This document shows positions 48,783 to 59,258 of a DNA stretch of 64,000 nt, in pieces. A model generated the notes under the pieces. It searched no databases, was not told the origin of the DNA, and was given only the letters and a program-made list of their open reading frames with translations. The stretch lies in sequence record OR532817.1. One strand, written 5' to 3'. Each line of letters begins with the position of its first letter. Position 1 is the stretch's first letter. Made by a program: the position numbers and the translations under genes.

Positions 48783-49964
48783 ATGTCTAATAAACTACTA
48801 ACTGAATCTCAATGGGCCGTGACCAAAGAACGTATTACCGAAGGTCTAAAAGGCAGTCGTAAACGTGTGATGGATATTACTATGGATAACTATCGTCGTG
48901 AGCGTGCATTATTTGAATCTGCTACTGCTGGTGCTACCACTGCTGGTAACATTGCTTCTGTTAACAAAGTAATTCTACCAATCATGCGTCGTGTAATGCC
49001 AACCGTTATCGCTAACGAAATTATTGGTGTACAACCAATGACTGGTCCATACTGCCAGATTCATACTCTACGTGTTCAATATGCAACCAATGCTCCAGGT
49101 GTTGCTGCTGGTGAAGAAGCTCTATCTCCATACAAAATCGCCAAATCTTATACTGGTGAACTGAATTCTGATAACACTAGCCCACAAGCCGCTCCTACTT
49201 CTCAACTAGAAGGTACTATGGGTCGTCAGGTAAATATCAACATTCTACGTGAAATCGTTGAAGCCAAATCCCGTCGTCTCTCTGCTCGTTGGACTGTTGA
49301 ATCTATGCAAGATGCACAATCTCAACACGGTGTTGATATTGAAGCTGAACTGGTTAACGCAATTGCTCAAGAAATTACTGTAGAAATCGACCAAGAACTA
49401 CTTTCTCGTCTACGTGCACTACCTGGTGCTCCAGCAGTGACCTATGACCAAACCAAAGTAACTGGTGTTGCTACTTTTATTGCTGATGAACACGCTTCTC
49501 TGGCAATTCTAATCAACCGTCAGGCAAACGAAATTGCTCGTCGTACCAAACGTGGTGCAGCTAACTGGGCTGTTGTTTCTCCAGAAGCACTATCTATTAT
49601 TCAGTCTGCAACTACTTCTAGTTTTGCACGCAGTACTGAAGGTACTTTCGAAGCACCAACCAACGTTAAATTTGCTGGTACTCTAAATGGTACTATGCGT
49701 ATCTACGTTGATACCTATGCTTCTGATCTGGAAGATATCCTGATTGGTTATAAAGGTGCTAACGAAACTGACGCTGGTGCATTCTATTGCCCATACGTTC
49801 CACTGATGGCTACCGGTACTGTAATGGATCCAAATACCTCCGAGCTAGTGACTTCCTTCCTGACTCGTTACGGTTATCTGGAATTCGTGGATTCATCCTC
49901 TTCCTTTGCAAACTCAGCCGATTACTTCAGCAAAATTGCTGTTCGTAACGTTACTTTCATGTAA
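48783..49964 (+). CDS. gp23: Major capsid protein
   Basis: EIIGVQPMTGP; AKSRRLSARWT; AQEITVEIDQE; YCPYVPL; strongly biased codon usage; TAAATA at 48728-48733. Confidence 0.93.
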   Translation: MSNKLLTESQWAVTKERITEGLKGSRKRVMDITMDNYRRERALFESATAGATTAGNIASVNKVILPIMRRVMPTVIANEIIGVQPMTGPYCQIHTLRVQYATNAPGVAAGEEALSPYKIAKSYTGELNSDNTSPQAAPTSQLEGTMGRQVNINILREIVEAKSRRLSARWTVESMQDAQSQHGVDIEAELVNAIAQEITVEIDQELLSRLRALPGAPAVTYDQTKVTGVATFIADEHASLAILINRQANEIARRTKRGAANWAVVSPEALSIIQSATTSSFARSTEGTFEAPTNVKFAGTLNGTMRIYVDTYASDLEDILIGYKGANETDAGAFYCPYVPLMATGTVMDPNTSELVTSFLTRYGYLEFVDSSSSFANSADYFSKIAVRNVTFM

Positions 49965-50007
49965 TAAAATAAAAAAACTAAAAATAATATAAAATATTGT
50001 ATTTTTT

Positions 50008-50037
50008 ATGGGACTTCACTTTGAAGTCCCATTTTTT
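50008..50037 (+). terminator. Intrinsic terminator after the major capsid gene
   Basis: ATGGGACTTCA-ctt-TGAAGTCCCAT followed by a T-run. Confidence 0.85.
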
Positions 50038-50079
50038 ATAGCATTAATTTGTTGAACAAAGTAACAAGGATGTTTTATA

Positions 50080-51306
50080 ATGATGACATTTGATGAAGTG
50101 CATGAACAATTTATTAAAATTGGTAATAAGAGAGAACCATCTTATTTTAAAAAAATAATTTTAAAAGAAATTGAAATGTATAATTTAAATTATGAATTTA
50201 TTGGGTTTAATATTAATTCTATTATTGAATTTAAAGGAGCAAGAACGAAGTTAGTACTAAAATGTCCAGTACATGGTATTTTTTCTGATTGTACTTTCAA
50301 TAATTTTACAAAATCTAATGCACAGGGTCGCCGCTGTCCTGAATGTGCTAAAGAATCTAAAGCTTTGAAACAACGTTGTTGTACTGAAGAATTTATTGAA
50401 AAATGTAAAAGAGTACATAATGATTTTTATGATTACAGTAAGACTATATACGGAAAAAATGCTCATGAACACGTTGTTGTTACCTGTAAATTACCAAATC
50501 ATGGAGATTTCAAAATACGTCCTTCATGTCATTATAATAAAGCACAAGGTTGTCCTATATGTGCAAAAGAAAAAAGAAAAATTGATGAACAGGATATAAT
50601 AACCAGATTAAATGAAATACATAATAATCACTTTGGATTTGATAAATTCGTATATAATGGATCGGAAAATAAATCTATAGTAACTTGTTTAGTGCATAAT
50701 AAAAATTATGAAGTTAAAGTTGGGAGTTTACTTTATGATCATGGCTGTGCATTGTGTTCAACAAGAGCAAAACACACAAAAGAATCATTCATATCGATGG
50801 CAGTACTGAAACATGGTAATGTATATGATTACAGTAAAGTACAATATGTAGATTTATTCACTAAAGTTGAAGTTGTTTGTAATAAAGATAATCATGGTTC
50901 ATTCTTTATTACTCCAACAAGTCATATACATGGTTTAAAACCAAATGCATGTCCAAAATGTTCAAAATATGGATTTCAACCAAATAAACCTGGATTCTTT
51001 TATATTCAAAAAATAACTAATTCATGTAAAGAAGTTATATCTTATAAGTACGGTATTACATGTGATTTAATAAGACGATTGAATGAGCATAACAGAAATT
51101 CTATATATGTGCATGAATATATTTTTCATGAATACTTTGATAATGGGTATGAAGCAATTGAACTTGAAAAGCTTATAAAAAAATCAATTACTTCTTGGTA
51201 TTTGAATTCTAATGAATTTGGTGATGGTTTCACTGAAACATACGATCCTAAATACCACAAAGATGTTATTAATATAATCAAAAAACAACAAAGGAGAAAT
51301 CCATGA
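50080..51306 (+). CDS. Putative free-standing homing endonuclease (DUF723-like Cys/His repeats plus GIY-YIG-like C-terminus)
   Basis: Four C..HG.F....H....GCP.C type repeats with H..xYDYSK spacers; GFFYIQK...YKYGIT..L.RR...LEKLIK...FGDGFTET. Confidence 0.7.
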   Translation: MMTFDEVHEQFIKIGNKREPSYFKKIILKEIEMYNLNYEFIGFNINSIIEFKGARTKLVLKCPVHGIFSDCTFNNFTKSNAQGRRCPECAKESKALKQRCCTEEFIEKCKRVHNDFYDYSKTIYGKNAHEHVVVTCKLPNHGDFKIRPSCHYNKAQGCPICAKEKRKIDEQDIITRLNEIHNNHFGFDKFVYNGSENKSIVTCLVHNKNYEVKVGSLLYDHGCALCSTRAKHTKESFISMAVLKHGNVYDYSKVQYVDLFTKVEVVCNKDNHGSFFITPTSHIHGLKPNACPKCSKYGFQPNKPGFFYIQKITNSCKEVISYKYGITCDLIRRLNEHNRNSIYVHEYIFHEYFDNGYEAIELEKLIKKSITSWYLNSNEFGDGFTETYDPKYHKDVINIIKKQQRRNP

Positions 51307-51656
51307 AAACTGTAGTAGTATTCAAAACAATTAAGGAAGAATACATAAAAAGCTCAGTATCTAATATGAAAACGTTTGTTCCACAAGGAACACTTGTTGC
51401 ATTTGATGAGAATGATTCAATACTGTATTATTCGGATGATAGATTAGAATTCAGTACAGAAAAATTTATAGATATTGCAATGATAGTTGATACTGAAGAA
51501 ATGGAATACTCAGAGTACATGAAAAAGTACAAAGAATACCTTATGAAGTTTCATGGTAATGCACCCGTAATTAAATTGCATGAATCCAGTGAATTCTCCC
51601 CACATAACCCGTTTCAACGTTTGGTTGATCTGGGTGTGTCCTTCAAACTTTTCTGA
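51303..51656 (+). CDS. Hypothetical protein (117 aa)
   Basis: AGGAGA RBS; ATGA overlap with the upstream stop. Confidence 0.6.
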   Translation: MKTVVVFKTIKEEYIKSSVSNMKTFVPQGTLVAFDENDSILYYSDDRLEFSTEKFIDIAMIVDTEEMEYSEYMKKYKEYLMKFHGNAPVIKLHESSEFSPHNPFQRLVDLGVSFKLF

Positions 51657-51715
51657 ACAAAAATTACCCATATGATATAATTTGCGAGAATAAAATTAAA
51701 AAAAGGAAATTTTAT

Positions 51716-52450
51716 ATGGGTACTTATATACTAAAACATACGTTGTTTGATAATCAGATAAACAAAGGATATACTTATCTTCCATCTTGTATCATTGAAC
51801 TTTATAAAGAAACAGAAAATAATTCATTTCTGAGTATTCGTTATCAGGGAAAATATGATAATAAGGTAAAAATAAAAAATGAACTGATTATTGATGATTT
51901 AATTAAACAAAACATCATTACACAAGATATTCTATCTGAACTGTTTATTGACAGATTTTTATTGAATGCATCCAAAACATTATCATCCTCAGTCAAGTCT
52001 ATACTGAACACCGATAACAGAACTATTTGTATTAACCCGTTTCTGGTGAAAGAGTTTTTGAAATACAAAAAACAATATAACATTGATATTAATAATACGA
52101 TACTTAATAATGCAATGCTTGAAAATGTTAAGTATGAATTCATGGAAGTGGTAACGTATAACAATTCACATGTAGGTAAAACTGCAAAACAAATTAGCAA
52201 AACTTCTGAAGAAAAACGATTCACATCTTTACTTGATGATAATTTTATTGATTACGATGGAATAGAAAAATATCTACCTTTGGTGTTTGATGTATTCAAA
52301 TTTTCATTATCTGATAATGAATTCACCTCAAACGGTAGATTGAAACATAATGGATATTATTATTCTAATAAAGCCAGAGTTATCAAATTCAGGATTAATG
52401 ATGATTCATCCATTGAATATGTCAAATTATCAAATGAAGAAATTAAATAG
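51716..52450 (+). CDS. Hypothetical protein (244 aa)
   Basis: ORF with AAGGA RBS and an upstream CTGAAC-17-TATAAT promoter. Confidence 0.55.
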   Translation: MGTYILKHTLFDNQINKGYTYLPSCIIELYKETENNSFLSIRYQGKYDNKVKIKNELIIDDLIKQNIITQDILSELFIDRFLLNASKTLSSSVKSILNTDNRTICINPFLVKEFLKYKKQYNIDINNTILNNAMLENVKYEFMEVVTYNNSHVGKTAKQISKTSEEKRFTSLLDDNFIDYDGIEKYLPLVFDVFKFSLSDNEFTSNGRLKHNGYYYSNKARVIKFRINDDSSIEYVKLSNEEIK

Positions 52451-52502
52451 ATTAATATCTTGTTATAAATAATTAATATACATATCGAAAAGGATTTTAA
52501 TA

Positions 52503-54290
52503 ATGAGTATTAGTTTTAATCACCCCCAGAATACTATAACTAGTACTGGAAATTCTGGATCATTAAATCTAGTGGTTCTTGGTGGTTCTCCTACAAACCC
52601 AAGACCAATACGTTTTAATTCTTCATCCGTTATTATGCCTGTGCAATCACTACCCACAGGTGAAGCTGGTGCTATTGTTTTTGACAAAAGCACAAAAACC
52701 ATGAAATATCATGATGGCTCTAACTGGGTTGAATTATTAAGTGCTTCCGATGTTGTAGCACCCCTTAATGTTCAAATCAATAACATTATCAATTCAATGG
52801 GAACAAAAATTGATACTGTTAATTATTCAAGTGCTGCAATACCGATGGCTAGTATTAGTGGTACTAATTTGAATATAGTATTTCCCAATTCCAATCCAAC
52901 TGTTGGTAGTACCGGATTGTATACCAGTGCAAAAACTGGTAGTATTATGTACTATAGTTTAGCGTCAGGCCAAACATATGCCAGTATTCGTGAACAAATG
53001 TCAGGAAAAACCAATGGTCAAAGTGGTAGAACCGGTTCTCAAACTTCTCCGTGGTTAACTTCAGATGGATGGTGTTTGGCTGATGGTATGTGGTGGACGT
53101 GGCAAGGAGAGAATGGTACAGTACTAAAACAAACACCAAACCTGAATCAAAGTGCATATTTTAAGGGTTTATCTTCTGGTGGAATTACAAAAACTGATTC
53201 ACCAATTGGGCAAAGTGGTTCTCTTGATACCTATACATTCACAATCCCAGATCATTATCACGGTGTAGGACAAATGAATGGAAATTCTGGACCTACTGGT
53301 GACGATGGTTCATTTATATTTGGAAGATCTTGGAATGATGGAAATTCATATAGAGGACTTACTATTACTGGAGATCTCAACCGACGTGAAGAACGTTCGA
53401 TTAATGGGAGTGATCCAAATATTGCATTGAGTACAACGAATTCTATTTATTTAAATGCATCTCAACGTACAATTTCACACTCACATAACTTACAGAACTT
53501 CGACGTAGCACACTTCAATGTTGCAGTACTGTATAATATTGCTGAACCAAGCTTGGCATTATCGGAAAGTGTGGCAAATACAAAATTCGTACTAAAATCC
53601 GGTGATACTATGACTGGCAACTTGAATGTAGCCAACACTCTTAGAATCGCAGGTAATAGTACTAACATTCAGTTATATTTTACCAACTCTACTTTATCTG
53701 AAAGAGCAGCAATTTATCACCAAAGTACAACAAATACATTAAGACTGCGTTCAAATGGTGGTTCTGAAGTATATATTAATGGTGATGGTTCTCTGTATGT
53801 TCCAGGTTCCACAACCGTTACTGGTAATTTTGTATCACAAGGTTCCGCAACTGTTTCTGGTAACATTATATCACAGGGTTCTGCAACAGTTTCTGGTAAC
53901 ATTACATCACAAGGTTCTGCAACTGTCTCTGGTAACATTACATCACAAGGTAGAAATGTAGTAAGAGCTATTAATGGGATAACTGCTGATGGTAATGGAA
54001 ACTTAAATGTAACGAATTCTAGTGGTACTACTTCCGGCTGGCATAAAGATGAAGGTACCGGTATTATCACACAATGGGGTTACATCCAAAGTACTGGTAA
54101 TGATATCCATGTAAACTTTCCACGAACTTTCAGTTCAGCATGTTACTGTGTAACATTGGGTCAAATTTTCAACTCTCATGCTGACCAAGGACGAACTGCA
54201 CGTTTATTAGCACCTGCGTCAGTTTCTGGATTTGATTTTTATATCGGTTCATCAGAAACTGGGTGTTACTGGCAAGCAATCGGTCGATAA
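52503..54290 (+). CDS. Tail fibre protein with collar-like segment and gp53-like C-terminal domain (595 aa)
   Basis: TGEAGAIVFDKST..YHDGSNW; GWCLADG; FVLKSGDTMTGNL; SQGSATVSGNI repeats; GWHKDEGTGIITQWG..FPRTFSSAC; exact TATAAATA at 52464-52471. Confidence 0.75.
   Translation: MSISFNHPQNTITSTGNSGSLNLVVLGGSPTNPRPIRFNSSSVIMPVQSLPTGEAGAIVFDKSTKTMKYHDGSNWVELLSASDVVAPLNVQINNIINSMGTKIDTVNYSSAAIPMASISGTNLNIVFPNSNPTVGSTGLYTSAKTGSIMYYSLASGQTYASIREQMSGKTNGQSGRTGSQTSPWLTSDGWCLADGMWWTWQGENGTVLKQTPNLNQSAYFKGLSSGGITKTDSPIGQSGSLDTYTFTIPDHYHGVGQMNGNSGPTGDDGSFIFGRSWNDGNSYRGLTITGDLNRREERSINGSDPNIALSTTNSIYLNASQRTISHSHNLQNFDVAHFNVAVLYNIAEPSLALSESVANTKFVLKSGDTMTGNLNVANTLRIAGNSTNIQLYFTNSTLSERAAIYHQSTTNTLRLRSNGGSEVYINGDGSLYVPGSTTVTGNFVSQGSATVSGNIISQGSATVSGNITSQGSATVSGNITSQGRNVVRAINGITADGNGNLNVTNSSGTTSGWHKDEGTGIITQWGYIQSTGNDIHVNFPRTFSSACYCVTLGQIFNSHADQGRTARLLAPASVSGFDFYIGSSETGCYWQAIGR
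53818..53950 (+). repeat. 36-bp in-frame tandem repeat (about 3.5-4 units) in the tail fibre
   Basis: Encodes (TVSGNITSQGSA)n with third-position variation. Confidence 0.85.
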
Positions 54291-54296
54291 TTTTTT

Positions 54297-54326
54297 TTGA
54301 ACGAAAATAACATATAACGATATAAT
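54297..54326 (+). promoter_or_regulatory. TTGAAC-N18-TATAAT promoter upstream of dsbA/DNA polymerase
   Basis: Member of a recurring class also seen at 50052, 51653, 58157 and 61759. Confidence 0.6.
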
Positions 54327-54388
54327 TAAAGCATCTGACACACAGTCAGGTGCTTTTTATATAATAATGACAAAGAAGGAAATTAATT

Positions 54389-54682
54389 ATGGCTAAACAT
54401 GAAGACAAAGTACAAATTGAAGATCTAAATAATGAACAACGCAAACGTCTTAGTGACGGTCTGAACAATGCAGTAGTTCAACTTACTTTTATTGATGATA
54501 CCAAAGCCTCACTGAAAGATTTTATTGATTCACTGGCTGACGAACTCGGTATCGATGCGAGTGATATCAAACAAGCCGCTAATACTATCTATAAACAAAA
54601 CTTCTTCGATAAATCCAGTAAGCATGATAAAATCGAAACTATTCTAAGTATTACTGGTAATCTTCCACAAGCCGACGATTAA
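54389..54682 (+). CDS. dsbA: dsDNA-binding protein, T4 DsbA-like
   Basis: LKDFIDSLADELGIDASDIKQAANTIYKQN aligns with T4 DsbA (IKDIRIRAKDELGVDGKMFNRLLALYHKDN, from memory). Confidence 0.65.
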   Translation: MAKHEDKVQIEDLNNEQRKRLSDGLNNAVVQLTFIDDTKASLKDFIDSLADELGIDASDIKQAANTIYKQNFFDKSSKHDKIETILSITGNLPQADD

Positions 54683-54757
54683 TACATTATAAATAAAAGC
54701 CTCCTTTTCTGGAGGCTTTTTCTATCTGTTAAGTGCAATTAAAAATAAGGAAATTTA

Positions 54758-57700
54758 ATGTATATTGATGCATATATGGAACGAAAACGTAGTGGTGATG
54801 TGTTGCACGTAGTAGAACGAAAAAATGGAAAGCGTATTCTACGAGAATTACAACCACTATATGAGTATTATGTAGAAAATGTTAATGGTAATCACAAAAC
54901 CATTTATGGTACTAAAGCAGAAAAACTGGAATTCGATACTGCATCTGAACTAAAACGAAGTATAGAAAAAAATGTAGCAAATGGAATCAGAACATTTGAA
55001 GGTAAATTCAATGTTGTATTCAAAACACTTGCTCAATATTATATGGGTACTGAATCACCAGATTTAAACATTGTATTCTTCGATATAGAAACTGATTTTC
55101 ATAAGAAATTTGGTTATGCATCTCCATCTAATCCCTTTAATCGTGTAACAGCCATTTCATTATATCAGTCATGGACAGGTAAAGATTATGTACTTACCCT
55201 TGCTCCAGAAGATATGACAACAACAGAAGCACAGGATATTGTCAATAAACTAAATGCGGAAACTAATGATCCAAATTCAAGTGTAATTCTTTATACTGAT
55301 GAAAAGGAAATGTTCATGGATTTCTTTAGTCTAATTGATGATAGTGATGTATTATCTGGATGGAATAGTGAATTTTTTGATATTCCTTACATGATTAACA
55401 GAACCAAAATTATCTTCAATGAAGCCATGACTGCTCGTTGGTGTTTATGGAATAAAAAACCAATTGCACGTGAAGCGGATAACTTTGGTAAATTGGTACA
55501 GACTTATGATTTGGTTGGTCGAGTTCATCTTGATTATCTTGCTCTTTATAAGAAACACGCTGCTCAGGTAGAGCAATCGTATAAACTTGATTATATCGCA
55601 GAAAAAATCACAAAAGAAAATAAAGTACAGTACGAAGGATCTCTGGATAAATTATATAGAGAAGATTATATGACTTTCCTTCGATATTCTAAACAGGATA
55701 GCATTCTTCTCAAAAAAATCGATTCTATTCTTGACTATATTAGTCTGCATAACCGACTTGCACATAAAGAATGTGTTCTCATCAAAACTACTATGGGTTC
55801 AGTAGCACTGATTGACACTTCAATTATCAATCTAGCACACAAACGTGGTGAAGTGGTATTTGATAAAAAAGAAGAGGTTGAAATTGATCCAGAACTTGAG
55901 TACTATGATGGATACGATGATGATGAAGACAATAATGATTCAAAACTCAGTGCAAAAGCAGCAGGTGCATGGGTACAAGACCCAATATTAGGATTAGTTG
56001 AATACTTGGGTTGTACTGACTTTAACTCACTTTACCCAACTGTACTTCGAACTCTAGGAATGAGTACTGAATGTATTCTTGGGCAAATTAGACAAGATTA
56101 TACAGAAAAATACTTAGAAGAACGTATATCTGAACAAAAAGCAAAGTCTAAATCAAAATCATTTGAACCGGAGTGGACAGCAGCATGGCATGGTTTATTC
56201 GCCGCCGTGGAGTTTACGATGGTACATGAAAGAAGTGAAAAACTACTGACTATTGATTTAGAAGATGGTAGTTCTTTCCAGGCAACTGGTTCACAGTTAT
56301 ATGATATTATATTCAGTCCAGAAAGTACTATTGTACTTAGTGCAAATGGAACACTATTTGATAAATCAAAATATGGTGTTATTCCAGATATCCTAACGCA
56401 ATGGTATTCTGAGCGTAAAGCCCAGCAAAAAATGGTAATTGATTATAAACATATGGCTTCAGATGGTTGGGAAATTCCATCACCTGATATTGTTCAAAAT
56501 ATGTTTTCACAATTCAGTACTAAATCATACTATAAAACAAACCTTCATGAAGAAGATCCAGTATATCTTCTACGTAAAGCTATAGGTGATAATAATCTTG
56601 AAGAAATTGCTCGTCTTATTGTAGAAAATAATTTAGTACTAAAAGATGGACGTATTTTTTGTTCAGATGAGGATAAAAAATATTTCAAACAACAAAGTGC
56701 TTTCTGGAAACAAAACCAACAAATTCGTAAAATTCTTCTAAACAGTCTTTATGGTGCACTATTGAACAAAGGAAGTACTTTCTTTGATAAACGACTTGGA
56801 CAATCAGTAACACTAACTGGCCGCTCAATGACAAAACACATGGCAAGTCGCATTAATGAAATTACTACTGGGGTTTATAATCACACTGGTGGTAGTGTTA
56901 TATATGGTGATACCGATTCTGTGTACTTCAGTGTTGTTCATTATTTAAAAGAACAAAACATTCCATGTGATCTAAGTAAAGAAGAGATTGTGGATATGTA
57001 TATAAAAATTGGCGATGAAGTGGGTGAATCTTTTCCTGAATTTATGGACAAAATGTTCAATACTGGAATCGAAAAAGGTAAAATTGTAGGTGCTGATCTG
57101 GAAATGGTTGGCTCCCGAGGTCTGTTCCTTAAAAAGAAACGTTATGCTATACTGAAATATTGGGAAGATGGGTTCCGTAAAGATGTTGATGGTAAACCTG
57201 GTGAAATCAAAGCAATGGGGCTTGAGATTAAGCGTTCAGATACACCAAAATACATCCAGAACTTCCTTGAAGAGACTTTAATGGCATTACTGGTAGGGGA
57301 GTCCGAGAGTGAATTAAAACAGCGTGTACGTGATTTTAAGGCGGTATTTAAGGACAAACCAGCACACGAAAAGGGTTCGCCTAGAACAGTGAAAAATTAT
57401 TCAAACCTTGAAGCTGATTTTAAAAATACTGGTAAATGTCATGTAGGTCACGTCCTCGCTGGTATTCAATGGAATATGTTACGCAATGCATATGATGATA
57501 AAACTGTGCCAGAAGTTACTGATGGTACTAAAGTGATTGTATGTGATTTGAAACCAAATCCACTTGGAATTACTAAAATTGGTTATCCAATTGATTGTGC
57601 TGAGTACTTACCTGAGTGGTTCCTTGAATTACCGTTCGATACAGATAAAATGGAAGAAATTATCTTAACTAAAAAACTGGATAATATCTTTGGTATTCTT

Positions 57701-57760
57701 GATATGGATATTGGTATTCATGAAAAAAGTACTGCACAGGATTTTGGATTTTTCTCGTAA
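54758..57760 (+). CDS. gp43: Family B DNA polymerase
   Basis: Exo motifs DIETD, GWNSEFFDIPY and YSKQD; polymerase motifs DFNSLYP, KILLNSLYGAL and YGDTDS; C-terminal clamp-binding-like QDFGFF. Confidence 0.96.
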   Translation: MYIDAYMERKRSGDVLHVVERKNGKRILRELQPLYEYYVENVNGNHKTIYGTKAEKLEFDTASELKRSIEKNVANGIRTFEGKFNVVFKTLAQYYMGTESPDLNIVFFDIETDFHKKFGYASPSNPFNRVTAISLYQSWTGKDYVLTLAPEDMTTTEAQDIVNKLNAETNDPNSSVILYTDEKEMFMDFFSLIDDSDVLSGWNSEFFDIPYMINRTKIIFNEAMTARWCLWNKKPIAREADNFGKLVQTYDLVGRVHLDYLALYKKHAAQVEQSYKLDYIAEKITKENKVQYEGSLDKLYREDYMTFLRYSKQDSILLKKIDSILDYISLHNRLAHKECVLIKTTMGSVALIDTSIINLAHKRGEVVFDKKEEVEIDPELEYYDGYDDDEDNNDSKLSAKAAGAWVQDPILGLVEYLGCTDFNSLYPTVLRTLGMSTECILGQIRQDYTEKYLEERISEQKAKSKSKSFEPEWTAAWHGLFAAVEFTMVHERSEKLLTIDLEDGSSFQATGSQLYDIIFSPESTIVLSANGTLFDKSKYGVIPDILTQWYSERKAQQKMVIDYKHMASDGWEIPSPDIVQNMFSQFSTKSYYKTNLHEEDPVYLLRKAIGDNNLEEIARLIVENNLVLKDGRIFCSDEDKKYFKQQSAFWKQNQQIRKILLNSLYGALLNKGSTFFDKRLGQSVTLTGRSMTKHMASRINEITTGVYNHTGGSVIYGDTDSVYFSVVHYLKEQNIPCDLSKEEIVDMYIKIGDEVGESFPEFMDKMFNTGIEKGKIVGADLEMVGSRGLFLKKKRYAILKYWEDGFRKDVDGKPGEIKAMGLEIKRSDTPKYIQNFLEETLMALLVGESESELKQRVRDFKAVFKDKPAHEKGSPRTVKNYSNLEADFKNTGKCHVGHVLAGIQWNMLRNAYDDKTVPEVTDGTKVIVCDLKPNPLGITKIGYPIDCAEYLPEWFLELPFDTDKMEEIILTKKLDNIFGILDMDIGIHEKSTAQDFGFFS

Positions 57761-57772
57761 TGATGGTGATAT

Positions 57773-58135
57773 ATGTTTGAAGATGAAATTCAAAGGAATA
57801 ATGAATTGTATGAAGAGTATAAAAAAATGAAATCTGAAACAAAACAAAAGAACATTAACATAAGAATTACAGAATGTCTAATGAGTAATACTATCGATTC
57901 AGTACTGGCATATGATGCAATAGATGAGGACATTCTAACCAAGAATGGTTTCGTTAGAACAGGAACTATTTCTTTGTGTAATGAGATTGTTGGTGTTTAT
58001 AGAAACCCAGTAAATAAAAAAACTTTTACTATAGAAATTGGTGATGATGTAGAACATCCATCAAATTTCATTGAAAAGGTTAACAATGAAATAATTAAAA
58101 AATCAGATAAACACTATCTGTACAACTGGAAATAA
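57773..58135 (+). CDS. Hypothetical protein (120 aa)
   Basis: ORF directly after the polymerase gene with a GGTG RBS. Confidence 0.5.
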   Translation: MFEDEIQRNNELYEEYKKMKSETKQKNINIRITECLMSNTIDSVLAYDAIDEDILTKNGFVRTGTISLCNEIVGVYRNPVNKKTFTIEIGDDVEHPSNFIEKVNNEIIKKSDKHYLYNWK

Positions 58136-58248
58136 TTATTTTTTTTATTAAAAAATCTGAACAAGACAAGCATTTGTGATAAAATGCTTGTGTTGGAAAA
58201 GCAAAGAAACAACGATTAAATTTATAAAATAACAAAGAGGAATTAAAT

Positions 58249-58992
58249 ATGGATCTACGCAGTGTACTACGCGATCTGATGAACACTACTTCTAGTATGA
58301 ATTTTGATAAAATTTCCATTACTAAAGAAGATCGTGGCGATGGTGAAAAAATTTATATGGAAAGTAAAGCAGATCAAAATGCTATTGTAATGCGTGCGTA
58401 TGTAAAAGAGTCCGTACCTGAACTGGTTGAACTAAGTGGTCGTTTTGGTCTAGGTCAACTAGGTTTACTACAAGGTCTTCTGAATCTTAATACATTTAAG
58501 ACTGAAGACACAAAAATTGTACCAATTATCAAAGATGGTGCTGTTAAAAGTCTAACCTTTACATCACCAGAAGCAACAACCAATTTTGTTGTTATTTCTG
58601 ATAAACTAACACCACAGGCTGTTAAAGTTGCTGAGCGTGGTTATGAAATTCAAGTAACACCAAGTGCTTCTAAAATTCAGGAACTCAAAAGCTTTAGTTC
58701 TCTGTTCAAATCAATGAGTACTAAAATTACTCCTTACACCGAAAATGGGACTCTATATTTCTCTTGTGGTGAGAAAAATAAAAATACTTCAGGTGGTGTA
58801 CTTGCATTCTGCCTGTGTGATGTTGAATACCCAATGCTACAAGGCTATGAAATTGATTCAGTACTATCAGCTACTGCTCGTGTAGCAAACGCAGAAAGTA
58901 CTGAAATGTTTATTACAAATAAAGGTCTAATGAAAATTAAAGTTGATACTGGAATTGCAGTATACGAATTTTTCATGCAAGGTTCAGTATAA
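58249..58992 (+). CDS. Sliding clamp, gp45-like
   Basis: 247 aa with PCNA/gp45-like alpha-beta periodicity (RFGLGQLGLLQGLL); close to the polymerase; GAGG RBS. Confidence 0.6.
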   Translation: MDLRSVLRDLMNTTSSMNFDKISITKEDRGDGEKIYMESKADQNAIVMRAYVKESVPELVELSGRFGLGQLGLLQGLLNLNTFKTEDTKIVPIIKDGAVKSLTFTSPEATTNFVVISDKLTPQAVKVAERGYEIQVTPSASKIQELKSFSSLFKSMSTKITPYTENGTLYFSCGEKNKNTSGGVLAFCLCDVEYPMLQGYEIDSVLSATARVANAESTEMFITNKGLMKIKVDTGIAVYEFFMQGSV

Positions 58993-59050
58993 GTAATAAC
59001 TAAAATGGGGAAATGAATTTCCCCATTATAATAAAGGAGAAAATATAAAA

Positions 59051-59257
59051 ATGCCAATTTATACTTATCGTTGTAGTACCGAAAATTGTACTAATGTAGA
59101 AGATAAAATTGTTAAATATTCAGAACGTGAAAATCCAAAAGACTGTAAAGTGTGTGGTTCTGAAAAATCAATGCATTTTGAAAATTTCACACCGGGTGAC
59201 AAAGGTGCAGCTTTTAACTACAAAGGAAATTGGTTGAATACCACAGGGAGATATTAA
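59051..59257 (+). CDS. FmdB-family zinc-ribbon protein
   Basis: MPIYTYRC...C...CKVCG...FNYKGNW family signature; AGGAGA RBS. Confidence 0.75.
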   Translation: MPIYTYRCSTENCTNVEDKIVKYSERENPKDCKVCGSEKSMHFENFTPGDKGAAFNYKGNWLNTTGRY

Positions 59258-59258
59258 T

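Noticed and set aside
54688-54720. TATAAATA upstream of the DNA polymerase gene
   Set aside because: Immediately followed by a terminator-like hairpin in AT-rich DNA; cannot be distinguished from chance.
54758-57760. Intein in the DNA polymerase (also checked ClpA and gp46)
   Set aside because: No C/S...HN-C/S/T splice junctions or LAGLIDADG blocks seen.
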